Assembly: GCA_030529525.1 (NCBI GenBank)
Contig: JAUMWS010000001.1
Location: 1-60,358, forward strand
DNA length: 60,358 nucleotides
Direction: 5' to 3'
DNA from: Porphyromonas sp.
Lineage (GTDB): Bacteria > Bacteroidota > Bacteroidia > Bacteroidales > Porphyromonadaceae
The notes below the pieces were generated by a model. The model searched no databases and had not been told where the DNA came from. It saw only the letters and a list, made by a program, of their open reading frames with translations. Positions 30,589-40,240 of this stretch are shown here, in pieces; within the stretch, counting starts at the first letter, position 1; the number at the start of each line of letters is the position of its first letter. Both the position numbers and the translations under genes were made by a program.

Positions 30589-30952
30589 TGTGAAACATAG
30601 GATAAGAAAATACCCACCCTTCGACACAAGAGCCGAAAGGTGGGTACATGTATGTAGAGATTGCGGCAATGCCACAACCTGTCTCGTTGGTAGAAGATGC
30701 AAAACAGAGTATTTCGACAGCTTTCTCCTGCTCCTCTTCGTCCGGAAGAGGCTCTCTCAAGAATGAAAGAAGCTCCTGAACAGCGACCGAAAGCCCTTTT
30801 CCGGACTTCATCAACAGTCTCTCTGCCACAGGAGAACGGAGTGTCCCTATCGTTACAACCCTGCCGACACTCATAAAAACGGCGTAAGCCTTACGGCTCC
30901 ACCTGCGGAACCGTAAGGCTTTACTGCCTCTGTTATGTGTCAAGATGTGCAT
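30569..30952 (-). CDS. Putative leader peptide of the biotin operon (127 aa)
   Basis: ATG 17 nt after the POT stop; basic/aromatic N-terminal motif [23 protein letters not shown]; overlaps the bioB start by 20 nt. Confidence 0.65.
   Translation of the reverse strand: MHILTHNRGSKALRFRRWSRKAYAVFMSVGRVVTIGTLRSPVAERLLMKSGKGLSVAVQELLSFLREPLPDEEEQEKAVEILCFASSTNETGCGIAAISTYMYPPFGSCVEGWVFSYPMFHNDKATV
30604..30646 (-). terminator. Intrinsic terminator/attenuator just upstream of bioB
   Basis: Minus strand UACCCACCUUUCGGC-UCUUGU-GUCGAAGGGUGGGUA-UUUUCUU: a 15-bp stem with two G-U pairs, then a U-rich tract. Confidence 0.8.
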
Positions 30953-30969
30953 CTATCTTTTTCCGATAG

Positions 30970-32529
30970 TTATTTTTTTTGTGCGGTAACTCTATTGAGC
31001 CATCCTACCATAGAGAACATAATCACCATGGAGATCAGACAGACAATAACGAATACCGACCATGTGAGCCATAGAGGTACGTTCTTGTAAAGGATTGCAC
31101 CGATAAACAAAAGTTGGTTACCAAGTCCTGTCGCAAGAAGCCACATACCTTGCATCAAACCTTGAAGCTTTGGAGGAGCCACCTGAGATACGAAAGACAA
31201 ACCAAGTGGAGAGATAAACAACTCTGCTACAGTAAGTACAAAGTATGTATCGATAAGCAACCAAGGAGTAACCTTAACCAAGTCTTGTTGTTCTGTAGTC
31301 ATCTCTTTCATTTCGGACAACAATGGAAGATCAAGAGATCCAGCCGCCATAAGAACGAAACCGATAGCAGCAAGTCCCATACCGATAGCAATCTTCATCG
31401 GAGTACTTACATTGTAACCCCTCTTTGCCAACAAGCCAAAGAATGCCAAAACCATAGGAGCAAGAGTAACCACAAAGAATGGATTTGCACTCTGGAACAT
31501 TTCAGGCTCTAAGGCAAACCCGAAGAGGTTCAGCTTCGTAAAGTCTCGAGCGAAGAATGTAAGCGTCAAACCATTTTGATGGAATGAGAACCAGAAGAAG
31601 ATAACAACCAACATCACGGCGCCGAGAGCCATTATACGCTGACGTACTTCTGCAGGATCCATATCTTGAACAGGCTCTGCAGGCCTTCCATCGTGCCTAA
31701 CCGCAGCAGTTCCCGGATCCGGAAATTTCTTCTTGTTAAGCATAAAGATGGCAAATGAGATAAGCATCGCCAAAATAGCTACACCAAAAGAGTAATGGAA
31801 TCCGGTGTTGAACACGTGCAAGTAATCCGCTGCAAAAGCACCAAGATCTGTAGGAGCGCCATTCAAAGATACCTCTCCCGCCAATTTTGTAAAGTTATCA
31901 GCTGCGGTCTCTGAAAGCGTTTCTCCATTGAGATACTTGTGGCAAAGCTCAGGAAGCTGACCGTTATAAGTAAATCCGTGAATCTTCAACCACCATGAGC
32001 GAATAGCAGGAGCCACCCAAGGAGCAAAGATAGAACCGATGTTGATAAACATATAGAATATGGTGTAACCGGCATCACGAGTTTTGCTGTCTACGCCGGA
32101 CTTATCATACATCTGCCCTACAAGAGCCTGCAAGTTACCTTTGAAGAAACCATTACCAAGGGCTATCACAAAAAGAGCCACGCAGGTAAGGATAAGCATA
32201 ATGGTCTTTGTGTCTTGCGTGATGGTTGTAGGGATAGAGAGCATTCCGTATCCCACAGTCATCAAGACAAGTCCCATGATAATCGTTCTCTTGTAATTAC
32301 GAGTACGATCTGCTACAAGTCCTCCGACTATAGCTAATGCATAGATTCCGAAATAGAAGAAAGAGTAGATAAGTCCTGCCTCATCTTCAGCCAAGCCAAA
32401 CTTTGCACTCAGGAAGAGTACGAGGATGGCCATCATCGTGTAGAAACCAAAGCGTTCCCCCATGTTCGCCAAAGCTGCCGCTATTAGCCCATTAGGGTGC
32501 TTCGTCTTTTGCTTTACGTTCTGTCCCAT
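30970..32529 (-). CDS. POT/PTR2 di-/tripeptide:H+ symporter (MFS)
   Basis: GERFGFYTM, GGLVADR, GNGFFKGN, FYMFINIG, AELFISPLGLS. Confidence 0.95.
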   Translation of the reverse strand: MGQNVKQKTKHPNGLIAAALANMGERFGFYTMMAILVLFLSAKFGLAEDEAGLIYSFFYFGIYALAIVGGLVADRTRNYKRTIIMGLVLMTVGYGMLSIPTTITQDTKTIMLILTCVALFVIALGNGFFKGNLQALVGQMYDKSGVDSKTRDAGYTIFYMFINIGSIFAPWVAPAIRSWWLKIHGFTYNGQLPELCHKYLNGETLSETAADNFTKLAGEVSLNGAPTDLGAFAADYLHVFNTGFHYSFGVAILAMLISFAIFMLNKKKFPDPGTAAVRHDGRPAEPVQDMDPAEVRQRIMALGAVMLVVIFFWFSFHQNGLTLTFFARDFTKLNLFGFALEPEMFQSANPFFVVTLAPMVLAFFGLLAKRGYNVSTPMKIAIGMGLAAIGFVLMAAGSLDLPLLSEMKEMTTEQQDLVKVTPWLLIDTYFVLTVAELFISPLGLSFVSQVAPPKLQGLMQGMWLLATGLGNQLLFIGAILYKNVPLWLTWSVFVIVCLISMVIMFSMVGWLNRVTAQKK

Positions 32530-32602
32530 TGAAATAAAATGATTGGATTATAAGTTTATAAATATTGATTTTTTCGCTTATTAGAAAAGAGGATACAGGG
32601 TC

Positions 32603-33694
32603 TTACTGTTCGTAGATCCTCTCCAATGCTCCTGTTGCTGGGAAGAAAGTGAGGCGAATAACGGCAGGAGCATTTTTTTTGTTATTGAAAAGAGCCGGTG
32701 CCAATGCCTCTTTCGTTCCAAGCTGAGCGATATAAACCTTCTCTTGCAGAAGTGTCTTACCATTTCGCTTGAGTGTTATTTCCACACGTCCCGGACGGTT
32801 ATAGACGATTCCTTTCAGAGCTTTTTCCGCTTTTTCAGCCTCTTTAGGTGTAAGAACGGGTGCTTCATCTTCTATCTTCACCTGCATATAGACAGGTTCT
32901 CCGGAAAGATCATCTTTATCCAGCACACCTTCCATTACGGAAAATCTGAATGCTACACTGTTCGACACAGAGTCTACAGAAAGATTGTCCACCGTGATAC
33001 GCTCAAGCGTGGAAGTGGTATAGCCGGTAAACAGCTCGGCAAGAGCTCTCTCTTGAGTGCTGATATTATCCAAAGCCAACTTCATTGCCTGCCCGTCGGG
33101 AAAAGACTGTTCTGCCTCTCCGCTCACTATCGACGTGCGTGCTTCTCGAAGCGAATGTATCTCTCTGGCAGCTATCTCCGCTCTTTTTTGTGGCGAAGTG
33201 GCTTGCAGATATTCGGGAGAGAAAGCAGGTTCTTTTCGGAAAACTTTCTGCTCTTCCTCTTTGCGAATCTGTTCGGCAAACGGTTCGGCTTTATTCGGAG
33301 TGTATTCGGTATTGATGGCACAAAGCAGCCCATCTTCCGTGAGCATCACAAAAGGGGCCGTGCTACCCTCTTTGAACTGGATGTGGTAGACTTTATTCTT
33401 ATCCGGAACACCGTATGCTTCGAGCTGTACTCCTCGAAGTTCATAAGCGGTACGGGCTACAGAAATAGCCTCCAATCCTAAATGTTGTCTGGAGAAACGT
33501 GCGTAGATTCCGGGAGTAGAGACCTTCTTTTCGACCAGCAGATGGAGGCGAACCTTAGTCTGAGGCAGTGAATAGACGACTCCCGGCGATTTTTTTCCGC
33601 CTACGTCTGTATGTTTTTCCACTTTTGTCTGCGCTTCCAAACCCTGAAAAGATAGGATAAGCACGAAGAAAAGAGTGTAAAATATCTTATGCAT
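32603..33694 (-). CDS. DUF4831-like secreted protein
   Basis: Signal peptide from MHKIFY; GVVYSLP.T, LTEDGLLCAIN, FRFS...G, GIVYN.PG, AQLG. The upstream ORF extension is spurious (promoter at 33725-33732). Confidence 0.75.
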   Translation of the reverse strand: MHKIFYTLFFVLILSFQGLEAQTKVEKHTDVGGKKSPGVVYSLPQTKVRLHLLVEKKVSTPGIYARFSRQHLGLEAISVARTAYELRGVQLEAYGVPDKNKVYHIQFKEGSTAPFVMLTEDGLLCAINTEYTPNKAEPFAEQIRKEEEQKVFRKEPAFSPEYLQATSPQKRAEIAAREIHSLREARTSIVSGEAEQSFPDGQAMKLALDNISTQERALAELFTGYTTSTLERITVDNLSVDSVSNSVAFRFSVMEGVLDKDDLSGEPVYMQVKIEDEAPVLTPKEAEKAEKALKGIVYNRPGRVEITLKRNGKTLLQEKVYIAQLGTKEALAPALFNNKKNAPAVIRLTFFPATGALERIYEQ

Positions 33695-33724
33695 ATAAAA
33701 TGGCATTTTTAGACGGTTTCTGTG

Positions 33725-33732
33725 CAAAGCTA
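33725..33732 (-). promoter_or_regulatory. -7 promoter element
   Basis: TAGCTTTG upstream of the DUF4831 gene. Confidence 0.55.
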
Positions 33733-33802
33733 ACAAAAATTCTTGTTTTTCATAGTCTTTAAGGAAGATAACGCAGAAAGCAAAAGTAAAATGAGAGAAA
33801 AA

Positions 33803-34396
33803 TGAGGGAAGAAAAAAGCTCTTCCAAGCGGGAGTTTTTATATAAAAACAGAGGTTGAAAATTTTGCCGAAAACTCTCACAGAAAAGTCCGGGAGTCGCT
33901 TCCCATTTTCAGAAGAGAAGATTAAACTACTCAAATCAAGACAATTACAGAAAATTCAAAATTCGGAGAAAAATTTTTCTCAGTCCGTTTCATGGGCCTT
34001 TTTCGAGTTAATAGTTGCAAATATTCGCACCCTAAAATCTAAATATTCACTAATTCAAAAATTGATACTAAAACGCTCCTCCAAGAAGGGAAATTCAATA
34101 AAACACTAAGAATCAACACTATCACTCAAAAAGCTAAACAGGTTAAACGTTTTCGGTAAACCTGTTAATTGAAATCACTAAACCTGTTCGTTGAAAAATT
34201 AAACAGGTTAAGCGGATAAAATATACTCATTCACCATTTTTTCTTGCCAAATATCTTAATAAACACAAATAGAATCGCCCGAATTTAACAGTTCCGCAAC
34301 CCTCTGAAAACAGCACTCATGAACAAAATAGAGAGAGAAGAAAAAGAGCCTCTCGCATCGGTATGGAATATATAAAAACGGCACTCCCACAAGGAG
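33803..34396 (+). repeat. ~590-bp non-coding dispersed element, copy B
   Basis: Collinear with the rc of 19435-20025. Shared blocks include cagtccgtttcatg, ctttttcgagttaatagttg and tcggtatggaatatataaaaa. Confidence 0.9.
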
Positions 34397-34520
34397 AAAT
34401 TTTCTCTTAAAATCTCCCCAAAACGTCATAACGCAAAATAATATTCGAAATATATGGAAACAGATGATGCAAAAAGATAAAATAATAACACTTATAGATG
34501 GTGGAGACCAAATATTTAGC

Positions 34521-34528
34521 TAAATTTG
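34521..34528 (+). promoter_or_regulatory. -7 promoter element of pnp
   Basis: TAAATTTG about 43 nt upstream of the ATG. Confidence 0.6.
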
Positions 34529-34571
34529 TACGATAATTCAGCGGATTAAAGCTTTAATAAACAAATCAAGT

Positions 34572-36782
34572 ATGATTCAACCTATTTCCAAAACCATCAA
34601 GCTGGCAGACGGTAGAGAGATTATTATCGAAACCGGTAAACTCGCCAAGCAGGCAGATGGTTCCGTAACGGTGCGCATGGGCAACACCGTATTGTTGGCC
34701 ACCGTAACAGCAGCAAAAGACGCCAATCCGGGCGTCGATTTTATGCCCCTATCTGTAGACTATAAAGAGAAGTTCTCTGCATTCGGTAGATTTCCGGGCG
34801 GTTTCACAAAACGTGAAGGTAAAGCCTCAGACTACGAGATCCTGACTTCCCGTCTCATCGACCGTGCTCTTCGTCCACTTTTCCCGGACGACTATCATGC
34901 AGAAGTCTTCGTAAACGTTATACTCTTCTCGGCTGACGGCGTAGATATGCCGGATGCCCTTGCAGGTTTGGCAGCTTCTGCCGCTCTTGCCGTTTCGGAT
35001 ATTCCGTTCAATGGTCCTATCTCAGAAGTGAGAGTGGCTCGTATAGACGGTAAGTTCGTAATAAACCCCACTTTTGAACAGCTCGAAAGCGCAGACATCG
35101 ATATGGTTGTAGCTGCAACGCTTGACAATATCATGATGGTCGAAGGAGAGATGAACGAAGTGTCGGAAGCAGAAATGCTCGAAGCCATCAAGGTAGCTCA
35201 TGAAGCCATTAAGGTGCAATGCCAAGCTCAAATAGAGCTTATGGAAGCTTGTGGCACTACCGAAAAAAGAACATACTGCCACGAAGAGCACGATGAAGAA
35301 CTCCGTGCAAAGGTTCGTGCAGACCTCTACGACAAAGTGTATGCCGTGGCTGTAAGCGGTTCATCAAAGCACGAACGTGCTGCCGCATTCGAGGCTGTCG
35401 TAGAAGAGTTCAAGGCTCAATACACAGAAGAAGAGCTTGAGACAAAAGCGGCACTCATAGCACGCTACTACCACGACGTGGAAAAAGAAGCGATGCGCCG
35501 TGCTATCCTTGACGAAGGTAAGCGTCTCGATGGTAGAGATACCCGTACAATCCGTCCGATTTGGTCGGAAGTGGATTGTCTTCCCGGGCCTCACGGAAGC
35601 TCTATCTTCACTCGTGGAGAGACACAATCCCTCACAACCGTAACGCTCGGCACGAAAAGCGACGAAAAGTTGGTGGACGATGTTCTCTTCCATGGTAAAG
35701 AGCGTTTCTTGTTGCACTACAACTTCCCTCCTTTCTCTACCGGTGAAGCTCGTCCTCAAAGAGGTGTAGGCCGTAGAGAGATCGGACACGGCAACCTTGC
35801 ACACCGTGCTCTTAAGCGCATGATACCTAAAGATTATCCTTACGTAGTGCGTGTAATGAGCGACATCCTTGAGAGTAACGGATCCAGCTCAATGGCTACC
35901 GTATGTGCCGGAACGCTTGCGCTTATGGATGCAGGGGTAAACATCACTCGTCCTGTGAGTGGTATCGCCATGGGATTGATCTCTGAAAACAAGGGACAAA
36001 ACTACGCTATCCTTTCCGACATTCTCGGAGACGAAGACCACTTGGGCGATATGGACTTCAAGGTAACAGGTACGGAGAAAGGTATCACAGCCACTCAGAT
36101 GGACATCAAAGTGGACGGACTCTCTTACGAGATCCTTGAAAACGCATTGGCTCAAGCGCGCGAGGGACGTATGCATATCTTGGGTAAGATTACGGAGACT
36201 ATATCCGAACCGAGAGAAGACCTCAAACCGCATGCTCCACGAATCGTTAATGTTCGCATACCGAAGGAGCTTATCGGTGCAGTGATCGGCCCTGGAGGAA
36301 AGATCATTCAAGGTATTCAGGAAAAGTCCGGCGCTTCTGTCAACATCGAAGAAGTGGACGGCATAGGATTGATAGAGGTAAGCGGTACGAACAAGGAGAG
36401 CATAGACAAGGCTTTGGCTATGATCAACTCTATCGCAGCCGTGCCTGAAGTAGACAAGGTATATACCGGAAAGATTAGCTCACTCATGCCATACGGTGCA
36501 TTTGTAGAGTTCCTACCGGGTAAGGATGGTCTTCTTCACATCTCCGAAATAGACTGGAAGCGTTTCGAGACCATAGAAGAAACAGGCTTGCAACAGGGTG
36601 CGGAGATTGAGGTTAAGCTCATCGAGATAGATCCGAAGACAGGTAAGTTCAAACTTTCAAGGAAAGCCCTTTTGGAAAAACCGGAAGGATACAAAGCTCC
36701 GGAAGGGGGCAATCGTCCTCCTCGTCAGGAAAGAGGCGAAAGATTTGTCCACAAACCTCGCAGAAATCACGGAGACGAATAA
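34572..36782 (+). CDS. pnp: Polyribonucleotide nucleotidyltransferase
   Basis: [36 protein letters not shown]; KH and S1 domains. Confidence 0.99.
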   Translation: MIQPISKTIKLADGREIIIETGKLAKQADGSVTVRMGNTVLLATVTAAKDANPGVDFMPLSVDYKEKFSAFGRFPGGFTKREGKASDYEILTSRLIDRALRPLFPDDYHAEVFVNVILFSADGVDMPDALAGLAASAALAVSDIPFNGPISEVRVARIDGKFVINPTFEQLESADIDMVVAATLDNIMMVEGEMNEVSEAEMLEAIKVAHEAIKVQCQAQIELMEACGTTEKRTYCHEEHDEELRAKVRADLYDKVYAVAVSGSSKHERAAAFEAVVEEFKAQYTEEELETKAALIARYYHDVEKEAMRRAILDEGKRLDGRDTRTIRPIWSEVDCLPGPHGSSIFTRGETQSLTTVTLGTKSDEKLVDDVLFHGKERFLLHYNFPPFSTGEARPQRGVGRREIGHGNLAHRALKRMIPKDYPYVVRVMSDILESNGSSSMATVCAGTLALMDAGVNITRPVSGIAMGLISENKGQNYAILSDILGDEDHLGDMDFKVTGTEKGITATQMDIKVDGLSYEILENALAQAREGRMHILGKITETISEPREDLKPHAPRIVNVRIPKELIGAVIGPGGKIIQGIQEKSGASVNIEEVDGIGLIEVSGTNKESIDKALAMINSIAAVPEVDKVYTGKISSLMPYGAFVEFLPGKDGLLHISEIDWKRFETIEETGLQQGAEIEVKLIEIDPKTGKFKLSRKALLEKPEGYKAPEGGNRPPRQERGERFVHKPRRNHGDE

Positions 36783-36803
36783 AAGTCCGGACATTCAGAC
36801 TAT

Positions 36804-36842
36804 AATAAAGGCACGTTATCGGAATGATAGCGTGCCTTTATT
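36804..36842. terminator. Bidirectional terminator after pnp
   Basis: aataaaggcacgttatc-ggaat-gatagcgtgcctttatt. Confidence 0.8.
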
Positions 36843-36876
36843 TATTTTCTCAAAAACTGCCTCTGCCGGACAGACG

Positions 36877-38067
36877 TCAGGCAGCAACCATTGTTTTATC
36901 CTCCGAATATTTGGAAGAAAAGAGCAGTGAAAACTGCAATCTCAGCCATATAAGCGTGGGGAAAAGTGCTTTAAGGGCATAAGGGAGCAGTATCTCCTCT
37001 TTCAGCACCTTGGGCATAAGATCGCTTGTCGTAAAGCTAAAAATCACCGCTCCCACCAGCAAAAATATATCGAAACAGCGATACCAGCTATTCGGATCAC
37101 GACCGAGCCACCACAAAGCGATACCAAGATAAGCTATTATATAGGTATTGGACTCTGTTCCGGAGCTGAACAGCACAATGAAAAGAAGCATGGAAGCCAA
37201 TATGGAGCGTCTGAAAAGAGCACTTGAATAGGCTTGCCTCCGCAACAGCGGCAGCAGAAATAGCACTATTCCGGGAATAACAACAAGCATATCGCTGTAC
37301 AGCTCCGATCCCGAAAGCTTCCGAGCCATACCCACAAGCCCCATATTCTGCATCAGAGCAAACATATTTTCGGTATTCTTTCCGCCTAAAGCATCGAACC
37401 AGTTACGGTACTGCTCCACGCCATACTCCCATCCTCCGATCATCGGAAGCAGTCCCAACAATAACGTCCAGCATACAAAAGAGAAGATAAAGCTCTTTTT
37501 CTGCTTGGAGAAAAGCCAGAAGCAAAGCCCTGCTATACCATATATCTTGGTGAGAAAGCCCAATGCAATGAAAAATGTAGCCACCCAAGGCTTCTCCTTT
37601 TCCGTAAACAGATAGGAAAGAACAAGGAATGCTGCTATAAGGATATTGTACTGCTCCATCAACAGAGCCAGCAGGAGCTCATTTGCCGTAAGCCAAAAGA
37701 GGACTGCCTGATGGGACGAAGATAGTCCCGGAATCTTCTTCACGGCATAAAGCAACATAGCCGTACTCACCACAAGCCACAGCACCACACCCACCACAGG
37801 AGGCATCATGGAAAAAGGAGCTATAAACAGAGAAAACAGAGGACCGTACAGAAAACGGTCGTGATACTCCGCAGGGTAATAGGCATACAGGTCTTGGTGT
37901 TGGACAAAATGGTCCCAACTTCTCTCAAAGATATCGTAGTTGTTAAACTTCCCCCTCGTTATCTTCTTGAAGCAAGCAAATACCAAAATCATTCCCCACA
38001 CGATCAGAGGAGCACGTGAGTTATTATTCAAAACAGCAGAAAAAGGTCTAACATTTTTTCTTTTCAT
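36877..38067 (-). CDS. GT87/DUF2029-family membrane glycosyltransferase
   Basis: NNYDIF, DLYAYYP.EY.D..LYGP.F, KIYG, ESNTYII; polytopic membrane protein. Confidence 0.8.
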   Translation of the reverse strand: MKRKNVRPFSAVLNNNSRAPLIVWGMILVFACFKKITRGKFNNYDIFERSWDHFVQHQDLYAYYPAEYHDRFLYGPLFSLFIAPFSMMPPVVGVVLWLVVSTAMLLYAVKKIPGLSSSHQAVLFWLTANELLLALLMEQYNILIAAFLVLSYLFTEKEKPWVATFFIALGFLTKIYGIAGLCFWLFSKQKKSFIFSFVCWTLLLGLLPMIGGWEYGVEQYRNWFDALGGKNTENMFALMQNMGLVGMARKLSGSELYSDMLVVIPGIVLFLLPLLRRQAYSSALFRRSILASMLLFIVLFSSGTESNTYIIAYLGIALWWLGRDPNSWYRCFDIFLLVGAVIFSFTTSDLMPKVLKEEILLPYALKALFPTLIWLRLQFSLLFSSKYSEDKTMVAA

Positions 38068-38121
38068 CTCTCAAAAAGGTCAATAAGGCTCACTAACAGC
38101 AGCACAAAGATAAGAAAAGAC

Positions 38122-38241
38122 GGTGTGTCATAATTCGCAAACTGCTGTGTTACTTGTGACATTCGGCTTTGGTCACATACTTCAGTATGCTCCCATCAGC
38201 CTCAGTCTTAGCGCCTTGCATTTTACGTATTCTGACGCACC
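38122..38241. mobile_element. ~120-bp REP/MITE-like element with imperfect terminal inverted repeats
   Basis: Ends ggtgtgtcataat / attctgacgcacc; internal hairpins gtgac...gtcac and catac-ttca-gtatg. Confidence 0.5.
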
Positions 38242-38245
38242 TTAA

Positions 38246-38282
38246 AGGGGCTGCGCCAAAAATGAATTTTGACACAGCCCCT
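38246..38282 (-). terminator. REP-like hairpin / gpmA terminator
   Basis: aggggctgcgccaaaa...ttttgacacagcccct. Confidence 0.6.
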
Positions 38283-38307
38283 ATGGGTATGTCGGATAGA
38301 TATTCCG

Positions 38308-39054
38308 TTACTTCTTTTTGCCTTGGTTCGCTACGGCATCCATCAACTTCTTGATCTCTTCCGGATCGCCGATGAAATAATCTTTCACCAGATTGTAGTT
38401 GTCGTCGAACTCGAATACGTAAGGCACAGCCGTTGGCAGGTTAAGGCTTACGATATCTTCGTCTGAAATATTCTTCAACACCTTGATGATACCACGAAGG
38501 CTATTGCCATGCGCAGCCACAAGAACATCGTCATGCTCCTTAAGGGTTGGGAAGATAGTGCCCTCCCAGTATGGCAATATACGAGCCACAGTATCCTTGA
38601 GCGACTCTGTAAGCGGAAGCAGACTTCTGTCTACTGCTGCATAGCGAGGGTCGTTATGCGGTGCACGCTCATCTCTTTCGTCAAGAGGAGTAGGAGGGAT
38701 ATCGTAGCTACGACGCCAGATATGTACTTGCTCATCGCCGTACTTCTCTGCAGTCTCTGCCTTATTAAGCCCTTGCAACATACCGTAGTGCTTTTCGTTC
38801 AACACCCAATGCTTCTCTACCGGGATCCAGTCCAGATCCATCTGATCCAATACATTGTTTAGGGTCTTTACCGCTCTCTTCAAGTATGAAGTGTAAGCCT
38901 TACCGAAACGGAATCCGGCAGCCTTCATCTCCTTACCTGCTTTGATTGCTTCTTCTATACCTTTCTCGGAAAGATCAACGTCTGTCCAGCCTGTAAATCT
39001 GTTCTCTTTGTTCCACTGGCTTTCTCCGTGGCGAATAAGGACAAGTCTTTTCAT
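38308..39054 (-). CDS. gpmA: 2,3-bisphosphoglycerate-dependent phosphoglycerate mutase
   Basis: [31 protein letters not shown]. Confidence 0.98.
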   Translation of the reverse strand: MKRLVLIRHGESQWNKENRFTGWTDVDLSEKGIEEAIKAGKEMKAAGFRFGKAYTSYLKRAVKTLNNVLDQMDLDWIPVEKHWVLNEKHYGMLQGLNKAETAEKYGDEQVHIWRRSYDIPPTPLDERDERAPHNDPRYAAVDRSLLPLTESLKDTVARILPYWEGTIFPTLKEHDDVLVAAHGNSLRGIIKVLKNISDEDIVSLNLPTAVPYVFEFDDNYNLVKDYFIGDPEEIKKLMDAVANQGKKK

Positions 39055-39226
39055 GTCTGATATCTTCTATGGATTATGTATGTGAATTAAATTCTATCCC
39101 GTAAGGCTTTAGCTCTTCTGCCATTGCCTTTTACAAAGATAACGAATATTTATCACAAGCAAAGAGCCTCTCTCATACACTTTCTCCGTCCTTCTTTTCG
39201 CCTCTATACCTGTATAAAAAGAGACA

Positions 39227-39428
39227 AACGGGTACAAAAGTTTTCCTTATCGTATTTATTTTCTCTGCTTAACGCATTCGCATCTCAAAATCAAAGCACA
39301 ATTGCTGTCATTCAAGCCTTGCTTTTCACCATTCAAGCCCCGACGTCCACAAACCAAGCCCTGAAACAAAACTTCCAATAGCTTTAGAGAAAGCTCTATA
39401 TACTTATAAGTAAAGATATTAACAGGTT
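39227..39428. repeat. ~202-bp dyad-symmetric intergenic element, copy E4
   Basis: 17-bp units at 39288, 39309, 39330, 39351. Boxes at 39227/39249/39271 and 39377/39399/39421. Confidence 0.75.
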
Positions 39429-39535
39429 TACGATGACCGAATAGAGGGTTGGCTTTTCTCCACAATCATATTCCTTCTTCTAAAGTGCAAGCATTTGTAT
39501 GTAAAATAAATCTGTATCATTACGACAATTCGTAA

Positions 39536-39543
39536 TACCTTTG
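39536..39543 (+). promoter_or_regulatory. -7 promoter element
   Basis: TACCTTTG upstream of the ICMT-family gene. Confidence 0.6.
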
Positions 39544-39596
39544 CAGCAAAGACAAATGATAACCAATATCTTTAGCAACCGAAAAAGAAGAGTGAT

Positions 39597-40040
39597 ATGA
39601 AACTAAAAATCCCACCGGTAGGGGTATTTATGCTGTTTGCCTTGTTAATGTGGATAGTGGCACGCAGTGTATCGGTTATAAGCTTTAGGTCGCTCCTGCT
39701 GGCAGGGGTATTTATTGTTGTTGGAGGGTGCGTAGCTCTCGCGGGAGTGATTGCTTTTAGAAAAGCTCAAACAACGGTTAATCCCTACAAGATTGAAGAG
39801 AGCAGTGCGCTTGTAGCCTCAGGGATTTATGCTTTGAGTCGTAATCCGATGTACTTAGGTATGGCCATAATGCTCGTGGGTTGGGCTTTTGGGCTGGGCG
39901 AAATGCTTACTCTGCTCGGCGTCTTGGGCTTTATGGTGTATATGACCTACTTTCAAATCCGTCCCGAAGAACGGGCGTTAAAAGCCAAATTCGGGAAATC
40001 GTTTGAAGAGTATTGCCAAAAGACCGGGCGATGGATCTAA
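39597..40040 (+). CDS. Isoprenylcysteine carboxyl methyltransferase (ICMT/PEMT)-family membrane protein
   Basis: TTVNP, GIYALSRNPMYLG, PEERAL..KFG..FEEY...RW. Confidence 0.9.
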   Translation: MKLKIPPVGVFMLFALLMWIVARSVSVISFRSLLLAGVFIVVGGCVALAGVIAFRKAQTTVNPYKIEESSALVASGIYALSRNPMYLGMAIMLVGWAFGLGEMLTLLGVLGFMVYMTYFQIRPEERALKAKFGKSFEEYCQKTGRWI

Positions 40041-40177
40041 ATAGAAGGTCCTCGCCTAATTTTCAAGCTCTCCATAATTGACAAATCCTTGTTTAAAAGA
40101 AGCTTTCAACTTAAAATCTCCATAGGTATATCTCATACTCTTGAAAAACTCAAAACATTCGGGGGAGGGCATAAAAA

Positions 40178-40212
40178 AGAATCGGGATTGTACTTCTTAC
40201 AATCCCGATTCT
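40178..40212. terminator. Bidirectional terminator
   Basis: agaatcgggattgta-cttct-tacaatcccgattct. Confidence 0.8.
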
Positions 40213-40240
40213 CTATTTTATTTTCTCGGAAAATATCTGC

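Noticed and set aside
30800-30825. LLMKSG in the leader as a BirA biotinylation site
   Set aside because: Only the MK dipeptide matches EAMKM, and there is no biotinyl-domain context.
33855-34109. 84-aa ORF inside the 590-bp element
   Set aside because: The homologous frame in copy A contains a stop (tca tga), so it is not a conserved coding sequence.
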